DNA of 64,000 nt, taken from Candidatus Marinacidobacterales bacterium. GTDB taxonomy: Bacteria > Acidobacteriota > Vicinamibacteria > Marinacidobacterales > SMYC01. The stretch lies in NCBI GenBank assembly GCA_965224085.1, contig CBDCYI010000005.1:1280001-1344000 (forward strand). Direction: 5' to 3'. This document shows, piece by piece, positions 47,071-55,960 of the stretch. Both the position numbers and the translations under genes were made by a program. The notes beneath the pieces were generated by a model, which saw only the letters and a program-made list of their open reading frames with translations, did no database searches and was not told where the DNA came from. Within the stretch, counting starts at the first letter, position 1, and every line of letters starts with the position of its first letter.

Positions 47071-48233
47071 ACTAACGTGGCTGGCGCGGCCGGCGCCTGG
47101 ATGAGGCCCTCGGCGCATTCTCGCGCCCAGCGATCGGCCTCGAGCACGGTCTCGATCTCCCGCGCTGGCTTCGGGTCGTGCCGAGCGAGCGTGGTCTGGA
47201 GCGTTTCCACGATCGACAAGAATCCGATGCGCTCGTCCAGAAAGGCTGCCACGGCGACTTCGTTGGCCGCGTTCAGAACAGCGGGCGCCGTGCCTCCCTG
47301 TGACAGTGCTTCATAAGCGAGGCGGAGGCAGGCGAATCGTTCGAAATCCGGGGGGCCTAGCTCGAGCTGCAAAGGCGTTTCGAGATCGAGAGGCGGCAAT
47401 CCGGTATCGAGCCGCTCCGGATAGGTCAACGCATATTGGATCGGCAGGCGCATATCCGTGACACCGAGCTGCGCGATGAGCGACCCGTCCTCGAGCTCGA
47501 CCATCGAATGGATGACGGATTGGGGGTGGACGACGACGCGCACCTGCTCGGGGCGCACGCCGAAAAGCCAATAAGCTTCGATGATCTCGAGTCCTTTATT
47601 CATCATCGTCGCTGAGTCGATCGTGATTTTCGGCCCCATTTTCCACGTCGGGTGCTGAAGGGCGCGCTCGGGAGTCGCCTCCTGCATCTCGGAAAGGCTC
47701 GCGGTCCGAAACGGGCCGCCCGAAGCCGTCAACCAAATGCGCTTCACGGGCTGGTCGCGGCCGTCGAGGCATTGATGGATGGCGTTGTGCTCGCTATCCA
47801 CAGGGAGCAGCGTGGCGCCCGCCGCAGCGACGGCTTTTGTCATGAGCTCTCCCGCCATGACGAGCGTTTCTTTGTTCGCGAGCCCAACGCTCTTCCCGGC
47901 TTCGATCGCGCGCAGCGTCGGCACGAGACCGACCGCTCCGACCGTGGCGGAGACGACGAAATCGACTTCTAGATGCGTGGCGACGTCAACGAGCCCGTCG
48001 ACACCGCTCCGGACGTCGAGCTCTGGAAAATCGCGACGGAGAGTCTCGGCCTGATTCGAGCTTGCCACGCTGACGATAAGGGGGCAGTATTTCCGAATCT
48101 GTGCGCTGAGCGCATCCACGCTGCGACCCGCGGCAAGCCCGATGACGCGGAAACGGTCTGGGAAACGATCGATGACCCGTAGCGTATTGGTGCCGATCGA
48201 GCCGGTAGATCCGAGGATCGAGACGCCTTTCAT
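47067..48233 (-). CDS. dxr: 1-deoxy-D-xylulose 5-phosphate reductoisomerase
   Basis: LGSTGSIG, LANKE, PVDSEH, TASGGPF, HPTW.MG.KITIDSATMMNKGLE. Confidence 0.96.
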   Translation of the reverse strand: MKGVSILGSTGSIGTNTLRVIDRFPDRFRVIGLAAGRSVDALSAQIRKYCPLIVSVASSNQAETLRRDFPELDVRSGVDGLVDVATHLEVDFVVSATVGAVGLVPTLRAIEAGKSVGLANKETLVMAGELMTKAVAAAGATLLPVDSEHNAIHQCLDGRDQPVKRIWLTASGGPFRTASLSEMQEATPERALQHPTWKMGPKITIDSATMMNKGLEIIEAYWLFGVRPEQVRVVVHPQSVIHSMVELEDGSLIAQLGVTDMRLPIQYALTYPERLDTGLPPLDLETPLQLELGPPDFERFACLRLAYEALSQGGTAPAVLNAANEVAVAAFLDERIGFLSIVETLQTTLARHDPKPAREIETVLEADRWARECAEGLIQAPAAPATLV

Positions 48234-48252
48234 ATCACTATTCTAGCGAATT

Positions 48253-49065
48253 TCACGCCATCCACAGGAGGCAAAGAAGGAGGGCAGGCCCTGCGAACAA
48301 AACCGAGTCGATCCGGTCCAGGACGCCTCCGTGGCCGGGAATCAGCGCCGAGGTGTCCTTCACGCCGGCCGAGCGTTTGAGGAACGACTCGAAGAGATCG
48401 CCGAGGACCCCCAGGAGGCTGAGCATCAAGCCGAGTCCGATCGCGTTGGCCGTTTTGAGCTCCGGAGACCAAAGCTCGACGAGTGCGACCGACACGGCGA
48501 TCGAAGCGACGATGCCGCCCACGAGACCCTCCACGGTTTTCTTGGGGCTCAGTCGTGGCGCGAGCGCGTGACGGCCGAGGGAGCGACCCGCGTAATAAGC
48601 GCCTGCGTCGCCGACAAAGACGACCGCGAGCAGAAAGATCACCGAGTGCCGCCCGGCGGGCTCCGGGCCAAGCATCCGAAGCGCGACGATACTGCCCAGG
48701 AGGGCCCCCACGTAGAAGGTCGCAAAAAAAGTACCCATGGCCCCGACGAGCCTTCCCCTGCTAGGGCTCCACTGGACGACGACCGTTCCGCCGATCACGA
48801 GAATCGATAGGAGTGTCGCGTGGGTGAGCGTGAGCGCCTCGAAATAGAAGGCGCTCGTGACCAGTAGCACCGTGAGATAGCCCGCCCCGAGAAGCTCTTG
48901 ACCTGAGCCCTTAATCCCGGACGAGCTCTTCATCAATGAAGCGAGCTCCCCATAGCCGAGAAGCGCCACGACCAGCGCGAGGGCAAAGAACAGCCAGTCC
49001 GGGCCGAGTAGAATGATCGCGAGAAGAAGAGGAACAGCGACGGCGGCGGTCAAGAGGCGACTCAT
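48253..49065 (-). CDS. cdsA: Phosphatidate cytidylyltransferase
   Basis: SPKKTVEG, GDLFES..KR..GVKD, PGHGGVLDRIDS. Confidence 0.95.
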   Translation of the reverse strand: MSRLLTAAVAVPLLLAIILLGPDWLFFALALVVALLGYGELASLMKSSSGIKGSGQELLGAGYLTVLLVTSAFYFEALTLTHATLLSILVIGGTVVVQWSPSRGRLVGAMGTFFATFYVGALLGSIVALRMLGPEPAGRHSVIFLLAVVFVGDAGAYYAGRSLGRHALAPRLSPKKTVEGLVGGIVASIAVSVALVELWSPELKTANAIGLGLMLSLLGVLGDLFESFLKRSAGVKDTSALIPGHGGVLDRIDSVLFAGPALLLCLLWMA

Positions 49066-49073
49066 CGTCGCGA

Positions 49074-49290
49074 CTAGTGCCCTATATCAGTGATTCGTCG
49101 CATAGAGCTCGAGGCCGTTTTGTAGGCTGGCGAGGCCGTGACGACGCAGTCATATCCAGATATCTCTGGCCGCTTTCCGAGTGTCGAATGGAGCGCTCGG
49201 CCGAGGCCGCACTGCAAGGATTGCTAAAACCAAGCCAGGCCGCAAACGGGCCCGAGATTTGTGTGACGAATCACTGATACAGCGCACTAG
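49074..49290. mobile_element. MITE-like non-coding element (about 210 bp) bounded by CTAG
   Basis: 26-bp terminal IRs, 24/26 match, plus nested inner IR; sits at the uppS stop codon. Confidence 0.75.
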
Positions 49291-50081
49291 GCCGTGCTGC
49301 GCGTCGAAGCGGCGATGCCTCCGTAGCGGCGGTCGCGCTTTTGGAAGTCGATGATCGCCTCGAAAAGCTCCCGCTTTCGAAAATCCGGCCACAACGTGTC
49401 TGTAACCCAAATCTCCGCATAGGCGATTTGCCAAAGAAGGAAGTTGGAGATGCGGAGCTCGCCGCTCGTCCGGATCATCAGGTCCGGGTCGGCGATACCC
49501 GCTGTGTACAGACGTTCCGCGAAGAAGGCTTCGTCAATCTCAGGCGCCTCACCGCGGGCGAGCGCCTCGTTCACGATGCGCTGGCACGCATCCGTGATCT
49601 CGGCGCGGCCCCCGTAATTGAGTGCGATGTTGAACAAGAGGCCCCGGTTGTTTCGCGTACGTTCCATCCCGGCCTTGAGCTCGCTGACGACATCGCCGGG
49701 TAGCTCAGACAGGCGGCCGATCACCTGGAAGCGGATATTGTTCTTCATAAGCGTCGAAAGCTCGAGCCGCAGATATTGTTTGAGCAGCTTCATCAGAACG
49801 TCGACTTCCGTACGTGGACGTTTCCAGTTCTCGACAGAGAACGCGTAGAGCGTCAAAACGGGAACATCGAGCCGAGTGCAAGTCTCGACGATCTCTCGAA
49901 CGGAGGCGATTCCAGACCGGTGTCCTTCGACGCGCGGCAGGCCGTGCCCTTTCGCCCATCGACCGTTGCCGTCCATGATGACGGCGATATGGGCCGGGAG
50001 CCTCGAGAGGTCGATCTTCTCGAAGAGCAGTCTTTCGATGGAGCCTTCTTCTGTCGTATCCAAAATATCTTGGCGGCTCAT
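49287..50081 (-). CDS. uppS: Undecaprenyl diphosphate synthase
   Basis: HIAVIMDGNGRWA, FSVENWKRP, NYGGR, RTSGELRISNFLLWQ. Confidence 0.96.
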   Translation of the reverse strand: MSRQDILDTTEEGSIERLLFEKIDLSRLPAHIAVIMDGNGRWAKGHGLPRVEGHRSGIASVREIVETCTRLDVPVLTLYAFSVENWKRPRTEVDVLMKLLKQYLRLELSTLMKNNIRFQVIGRLSELPGDVVSELKAGMERTRNNRGLLFNIALNYGGRAEITDACQRIVNEALARGEAPEIDEAFFAERLYTAGIADPDLMIRTSGELRISNFLLWQIAYAEIWVTDTLWPDFRKRELFEAIIDFQKRDRRYGGIAASTRSTA

Positions 50082-50156
50082 GGCTAGAAGATTACTCTAG
50101 CATATCGACCACGCTCAGGCCCTTTCGGGCGTTTGAGGGTGTGCTATTCTCCGGTC

Positions 50157-51746
50157 GTGACGGTCGTGATCCTCGCGCTCCTGGGGTTTCAGCCGTCACC
50201 GTTATCCGAGCATCATCGCGTTTGGCTTGCGGAAGAGGTTCATTTCCTCATCAGCTCTGAGGAGCGTGGGAGCTTTGTCGCGCTCGAAACAGATGCCGCT
50301 CGCGACAACTTCATCGATGCCTTTTGGGCGCTACGCGACCGCGAGGATCACGCCGCACGTATACGCACCTCGGATCGACTCTTCGGCGTTCGCGGACGCC
50401 ACTCGGCTAGAGGACGGGTTTATCAACTCTTGGGCCCGCCTACGTTCCGCGAGGACTATACGCATGCCGGAGCCCGTCTCTTCCCGGCGGAGTTGTGGCA
50501 CTACACGGGCGTCGCGCAGCCATACCTTCCAGACGCCTTCTACCTCGTATTCTTCAAACCGGGTGGCACGGCTCCGTTTCGACTTTGGCACCCCGAGGGC
50601 GATGGTGTTGCAGGTTTGGTGGTGGCACCGGAGCCCGGGCGATGGCAGCACGGCGCCAGTATCGATGAGGTTGACGCGATCGATGCCGAGCTTGCGCTAG
50701 CGCTAAAAGAGCTCGTGCCTGGAGGCGGGCGCGCGCAGTCGGTCTCTCTTCTCGCGAACCTGGAAGGGTTTCACGATATCGTCGCGCGCGCGCGTCGCAT
50801 GGGCGCGCGGGTCGAGACGTCCGCCAGCTTGCGACGCCTGAAGGCACACTTCGTCGCGCGCGTTTTCCATGACGATGCCGGGGTGCCCGAAATCCACCAT
50901 GTCCTCGAGCTCGACCTCGATGAGAACGTTCACTTGCCTTGGAAACGCAACGATGGACGCTGGCACACTCGATTCGCGCTGACGGGTCGCCTGCTTGACT
51001 CGGCGAGGGAGCTCGAGCGCTGGGAAGACACGATCCAGCTCGACGTGACCGACGCGGAGCGCGACGCGTTAAAGTCGACGACCCTGAGCTTTCAAGGCCG
51101 ACGTTTTCTCCCGCCGGAAGCCCATCGCATCGAGCTTGCGGTGGTAGCCGAGAACGGCTCCTCGGCCGTCGGCAAGACAACCGTCGGCCGGTCTTTGCCG
51201 CCGCTACCGCTTCTCGCGCGCCGAATACAAAGAGTGGAAGCGTCGAGGCGGCTGCCGTTTCTGGTCGGCAACCGGCTCGTGCTGCCCTGGCCGGCTTCGG
51301 TCCTCCGTGGGCCAGAGCTATTCGCAGTGACCGAAATCGCGGCGCCGGCGCGTGGCACTCCTTTCGTTTGGGAGATCCGAAGGGACGGTGAGCTGGAATT
51401 TACCGAAGAGCGCATTCTTCATGGCCAGAACCCGACACTGGTGACGACCGCGATTAAGTTAAACGCGCCCGGAGGGCGCTATCGCGTCCGCGCTCTTTAT
51501 GGTGACCGCGCGCGCGCGATCGACTTCGAGGTCGGGAGTGGGCCCGACGCGGCTTCCGTGCGGGTGCTCGCACGTGAGTCGACACCTTCAGAGGAAAGTC
51601 GCTACCGCTGGGCCCGTGGACGCGCGTTCTGGGGACGTGGATTGGGCGCGCTCGCTCTTCGCGAGCTCGAGAGCGCACTCGCGCTCGATCCCGACAACGT
51701 CGCGGCAGCGAAAGCGCTCGAGGGGATGCGCTCCGCGGCCCGGTAA
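50157..51746 (+). CDS. GWxTD-domain-like protein with C-terminal TPR
   Basis: WL.EEV..LIS.EE…F…RD.FI..FW..RD…RGRVY.LLGPP…ELWHY; C-terminal ALALDPDN. Confidence 0.7.
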   Translation: MTVVILALLGFQPSPLSEHHRVWLAEEVHFLISSEERGSFVALETDAARDNFIDAFWALRDREDHAARIRTSDRLFGVRGRHSARGRVYQLLGPPTFREDYTHAGARLFPAELWHYTGVAQPYLPDAFYLVFFKPGGTAPFRLWHPEGDGVAGLVVAPEPGRWQHGASIDEVDAIDAELALALKELVPGGGRAQSVSLLANLEGFHDIVARARRMGARVETSASLRRLKAHFVARVFHDDAGVPEIHHVLELDLDENVHLPWKRNDGRWHTRFALTGRLLDSARELERWEDTIQLDVTDAERDALKSTTLSFQGRRFLPPEAHRIELAVVAENGSSAVGKTTVGRSLPPLPLLARRIQRVEASRRLPFLVGNRLVLPWPASVLRGPELFAVTEIAAPARGTPFVWEIRRDGELEFTEERILHGQNPTLVTTAIKLNAPGGRYRVRALYGDRARAIDFEVGSGPDAASVRVLARESTPSEESRYRWARGRAFWGRGLGALALRELESALALDPDNVAAAKALEGMRSAAR

Positions 51747-51909
51747 GGTGTCGGGATTCCTGACGGGCTGCCCAGCATTGCCACAAACCCATGTAGACAA
51801 AAAGTTACGCTAGATGCTTGTTCTGAGCGCGTCGGATTCACTTACAATTCTGGTGCGCTGGAAGTGACTCCTCAGCGTCAATCTACTGAAACAACAGCGC
51901 TTAGCTCGA

Positions 51910-51925
51910 TGGCACAGCCGTTGCA
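51910..51925 (+). promoter_or_regulatory. Putative sigma54 -24/-12 promoter
   Basis: TGGCACAGCCGTTGCA matches TGGCAC-N5-TTGCA. Confidence 0.65.
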
Positions 51926-52019
51926 AAACTCTCGGGCAGGCTGATCGGCCAAAAAGTATCACTCGCTATCTCTTAATTAGAAGAGCTCAACGACCGGAAC
52001 AATCGACCTGAGCACTTAC

Positions 52020-52062
52020 CCCCCTCGGGCACCCCTCTCCTTTGAACGGGAGAGGGGGAGGC
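52020..52062. repeat. REP-like hairpin
   Basis: CCCCTCTCC-tttgaacg-GGAGAGGGG. Confidence 0.45.
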
Positions 52063-52118
52063 TCGAATCATCGCATCGGTACAGACACGGCCGGGGCGAA
52101 AGTTCGGATTTCGGGCCC

Positions 52119-52448
52119 TCAGGGTGTTGCGGACCCGAGTCGCACGTTCAACGCGGTGGTCTCGCCCGCGTGCACATCGACCGTCGTGATGAATGTGCCG
52201 TAACCCTCTTTCTCGAGCTTCAGCTCGTAGCGCCCCGTGGGGAGATGCACCGTCATGCGCTCGGTGCTTCCGGGAAAGTGCCAGCGCTCGCCATCGATCC
52301 AAACCTCGGCGTTGCTCGGCTGCGAGCGCACAGCCAATACACCGTGCTCGGACGTGACCGATGCGCTCGAAGTCGATGCTGAGGCGGGCGCCGCCGCCGG
52401 CGCTGAAGACGGAGGAGGCGGCGCGGGCTCGCCGGGCTCGCTGTATTC
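52119..52448 (-). pseudogene. C-terminal PEGA-domain remnant
   Basis: L.VRSQP.NAEV.IDG…L..G.Y.LKLEKEGY…V..GET..LNV.L; no start, joined to uvrA remnant. Confidence 0.7.
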
Positions 52449-52965
52449 CCTGCATCGACGAGCGCATTCAGGACACCCATGAGCTTTCCGATGTCCGCGG
52501 GGTGAAGGCCGGTCGTCGGCTCATCGAGAATGTAGAGCGCGCGGCCACGCGACGGCTTGGCAAGCTCGTAGGCAAGCTTGATGCGTTGTGCTTCGCCGCC
52601 AGACAGTGTGTTCGAGGGCTGTCCCAAGGTGAGATAGCCGAGTCCAATCGCGTTCAGCAGAGCGATGGGTCGTTGCATCGAAGGGACGTTTTTAAAGAGG
52701 ACCTCTGCATCGGCGAGCGTCATCTCGAGAATCTCATGGATGTTCTTGTCCCGAAAGCGTTCCGAGAGCGTCTCTTCGTTGAACCGGCGGCCACGACAGC
52801 TCTCGCAATGCACGTAAACGTTCGGGAGAAAGCTCATCTCCATTTTGATCGTGCCGGTAACGGCGAGAAGGCTTCCACGGGGATTTCGAGGTCGAGATTC
52901 TTTAGGTTGTTTTGCCGTACGCCGCAGAGCCGGATCAACGATGGCGCTTTCGAGGAGCGCTTCAT
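52441..52965 (-). pseudogene. uvrA: UvrA remnant with large internal deletion and frameshift
   Basis: N-term GVRQNNLKNLDLEIP; then CESCRGRRF, LGYL.LGQ, LSGGEAQRIKLA, ILDEPTTGLH; truncated at GNT. Confidence 0.85.
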
Positions 52966-53714
52966 GCGTCTTCGTAGTGGACTTTGACGAGCTTTAGCCC
53001 TTTCGCGGCGGCGGTCGGTCCCGCTTCCGTTCGATCGCCGCGCTCGAGAAGGCGCGGGATCGACTCGGCCGCGCGTTTTCCCCGCCCGATCTCGAGCAAC
53101 GTGCCGACCATGTTGCGAATCATGTGCTGCAGAAAGCCGGTCGCCGTCACTTCGTAAACGAGCTCGCTACCGTCGTCGAGCCACCGCGAGGCGAGCACCG
53201 TTCGGGTCGTCGTTTTGGCGTTACAGGACGAAGCCCGAAAAGCCTTGAAATCGTGCTCCCCGGCAAACGCGCGGGCGCCTTGCTCCATAGCCTCGTGGTC
53301 GAGCTCGTAAGGATAGTGGAGAGTAAAGCGGCTTGTGAACGGCAGAGGCACAGGGGCGCGCTCGAGGTGGTAGCGATAGGTCTTCGAGCGGGCGCTGTAG
53401 CGCGCGTGAAACTCCGGCTCGGCTTCCTCCACCGTGCGGACGCGGATGTCACCCGGAAGCATTGTGTTCAGGCCTCGGAGGATGCCCCCGGGAGGGATTT
53501 CGCGCACGAGCTGAAAATGCGCTACTTGCCCGAGCGCGTGGACACCGGCATCCGTGCGCCCGGCTGCGACGACGTCAACGGACCTTTTCGCCATGCGCGT
53601 GAGTGCGACTTGGACGCGTTCCTGAATGGTGTCGCCCTCGGGTTGCACTTGCCAACCCTTATATGCAGTGCCGTCATACGCGAGGGTCAACTTATATAAC
53701 GGCACGGGCCCCAC
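52962..53714 (-). CDS. truA: tRNA pseudouridine(38-40) synthase
   Basis: YDGT.Y.GWQ, GRTDAGVHA.GQ, FHAR, GEHDF, FL.HMIR. Confidence 0.95.
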   Translation of the reverse strand: MGPVPLYKLTLAYDGTAYKGWQVQPEGDTIQERVQVALTRMAKRSVDVVAAGRTDAGVHALGQVAHFQLVREIPPGGILRGLNTMLPGDIRVRTVEEAEPEFHARYSARSKTYRYHLERAPVPLPFTSRFTLHYPYELDHEAMEQGARAFAGEHDFKAFRASSCNAKTTTRTVLASRWLDDGSELVYEVTATGFLQHMIRNMVGTLLEIGRGKRAAESIPRLLERGDRTEAGPTAAAKGLKLVKVHYEDA

Positions 53715-53916
53715 ATTCTAGCCTGCAGGTCAAATCGAGCGAAACGTCTGTTTTTGGAGTGTTTTAGCGCGGTCTCTTCTGCATGGCGCGCGGTGGCGTA
53801 CTACAATGGTGGTCCTTGACGGGAACATAAATACCGGAGCTCGCGTATGTTGCAGTCGAGGTCCGCACGGTTAGAGGAGAGTTCCCGTCCGACACCGAGC
53901 AACAAGAGGATAACCC

Positions 53917-55479
53917 ATGAACGTGAAGCGCCTTTTCTTCGTGCTGTTGATCTGCCTCGCCGCTGGCGCGAGCGCTTACGGGCAGGACACCGAGCCCGAA
54001 CGGACCGCAGATCCCAACGCGATACAGCTCGCCCTCGAAGACGCCATCGAAATGGCTCTCGAGAACAATCTCGACATCGTCGTCTCGCGCCTCGATACGC
54101 AAGTTCAGGCAGAGGGCGTGCGATTCGCAAAAGGGGTGTATCAGCCCTTCATCTTCGGAAGCTTCAACAACCTCGATAGCTCTTCGCCCGCCCAGACCCA
54201 GCTCGTCGGTGCGCCAACGCTCACGAGCACACGGACGAACTACAACATAACGTGGCAGCAAGAGATCTCGACGGGCGCGAATTACAACATTACGTGGCAG
54301 AACCTGCGCTCCACCACCAACAGCGCGTTCTCCGGCTTCAACCCGCTTTACGACGCCTCCATCACCGGCCAGATCGTCCAGCCGCTCATGCAGAGCTTCG
54401 GGACCGATCCACGAAAGCAGCAAATCGTTGTGGCGAATAACGGTGAGCGTATCTCCCGCAACGCTTTCGAAGTCCAGGTGATGAATACGGTGCGGGATGT
54501 GGAGTTTGCGTACTGGGACCTGGTGTTCGCCATTCGGGATTTGGAGGTGGCGCAGACGTCGCTCGGGCTCGCCCAGGATCTTCTCAGGAACAATCGGATC
54601 CAAGTGGAAGTGGGCACGATGGCGCCCATTGACGTTCTCGAAGCCGAGGCTGAGGTGGCCTCTCGCGAGGAAGCCGTCATCCTGGCCGAGGAGGCGATCC
54701 GTCTGACCGAAGACATGCTGAAGCGTCTCATCAACGATCCCGAGACCGAGGCGTTTTGGACGAGCACCTACTCGCCCGTCGACCAGCCGACGATCGAGGA
54801 GATCCAGATCAACCTCGAGGAGTCGGTGCGCATCGCGCTCGAGCGTCGCCCCGTCCTCGATCAGAGTCGGGTCGAACTCGAGACCCGCAATTATAACGTG
54901 CGTTTCAGCAAGAACCAGCTGATGCCCCAGCTCGATCTCGTGGGATCCATCGCGTTTAACGGTATCGGCGGAACCGAGCTCGTGCGCGAGGGTTTTGCGG
55001 GGGACCCAACCCTCGTCATCCCGGGCGGTTACGGGGATGCGATCGATCAAGTTTTCGGTGGAGATTTTCGCGATTGGTCATTGGGGTTGAATATCTCCTA
55101 CCCGCTCGGAAACTCGCACGCTCAAGCTCAATACGCGCAAGCGCAGGTGGCCGAGCGCCAACAAAGGGCCGCGATCGACTCGAACGAGATTCTCATCGCG
55201 CAAGAAGTTCGCTCGACGGGGCGCGCCGTCCAGACGAACCGCAAGCGGATCGATGCGACGCGCGTGGCGCGCGACCTCGCGGAGCGACGCCTCGATGCCG
55301 AACTCAAAAAATTCCAAGTAGGTATGTCGACGAGCTTTCTCATCGTCCAAGCTCAGCGCGACCTCTCCCAAGCCGCGGCCAACGAGCTGCGCGCCCTCAT
55401 CGACTACGTCAAAGCGATCGCCGCCTTCGAGCGCGCCCAAGGAACGATTCTAGACGGACCCAATATATCTATCCGTTGA
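53917..55479 (+). CDS. TolC family outer membrane protein
   Basis: Signal peptide, L.LEDAI..ALENN, AYWDL, P.LDL, two OEP-like repeats. Confidence 0.85.
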   Translation: MNVKRLFFVLLICLAAGASAYGQDTEPERTADPNAIQLALEDAIEMALENNLDIVVSRLDTQVQAEGVRFAKGVYQPFIFGSFNNLDSSSPAQTQLVGAPTLTSTRTNYNITWQQEISTGANYNITWQNLRSTTNSAFSGFNPLYDASITGQIVQPLMQSFGTDPRKQQIVVANNGERISRNAFEVQVMNTVRDVEFAYWDLVFAIRDLEVAQTSLGLAQDLLRNNRIQVEVGTMAPIDVLEAEAEVASREEAVILAEEAIRLTEDMLKRLINDPETEAFWTSTYSPVDQPTIEEIQINLEESVRIALERRPVLDQSRVELETRNYNVRFSKNQLMPQLDLVGSIAFNGIGGTELVREGFAGDPTLVIPGGYGDAIDQVFGGDFRDWSLGLNISYPLGNSHAQAQYAQAQVAERQQRAAIDSNEILIAQEVRSTGRAVQTNRKRIDATRVARDLAERRLDAELKKFQVGMSTSFLIVQAQRDLSQAAANELRALIDYVKAIAAFERAQGTILDGPNISIR

Positions 55480-55600
55480 TTCGAGCATTCAGCATTCAAG
55501 AACATCTAGCTGAATGCGAAGTTTTCGGCGAATATTTCGCGTCGCACGCCACTGTTTCGACATCACGTTTAATATTCCTGGATCCTGAATGCTGGAAAAC

Positions 55601-55629
55601 TTGACAGATCTTTCTCGCTCGCATAAGTT
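55601..55629 (+). promoter_or_regulatory. Putative sigma70 promoter of 62-aa sORF
   Basis: TTGACA-17-TAAGTT. Confidence 0.5.
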
Positions 55630-55677
55630 GTTCCGAACATCTTTTGGAAACATCCGTGACCGCGAAGGGAGCTTGAT

Positions 55678-55866
55678 ATGGCCAAGAGCAACAAGAATTC
55701 GAAACCCGATTTCTTGGCAAAGCGACGGCAGACGATTGCCGAAATGGCAAACAAGCGAAGGCAACAGCAATTATTGCGTGGGCCCGGCATATCGGTCGGG
55801 GACAACAGACACAAAATGACGGCTCCGATTTCGCTTTCGGGGACGCCACGAGCGACCCAAAGTTAA
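55678..55866 (+). CDS. Small basic hypothetical protein (62 aa)
   Basis: AAGGGAG RBS, MAK start, upstream promoter, intergenic location. Confidence 0.5.
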   Translation: MAKSNKNSKPDFLAKRRQTIAEMANKRRQQQLLRGPGISVGDNRHKMTAPISLSGTPRATQS

Positions 55867-55960
55867 TTTTATCTCGACCTACCTCCTTCCCTGCCGGGCC
55901 TCGGCACACAATCCCTTCGGTTCGAAACAAAACCTAAAGTAAAGCTAGAGGGATGGCTAT

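Noticed and set aside
53764-55050. 428-aa minus-strand ORF
   Set aside because: Antisense shadow of the TolC-family gene
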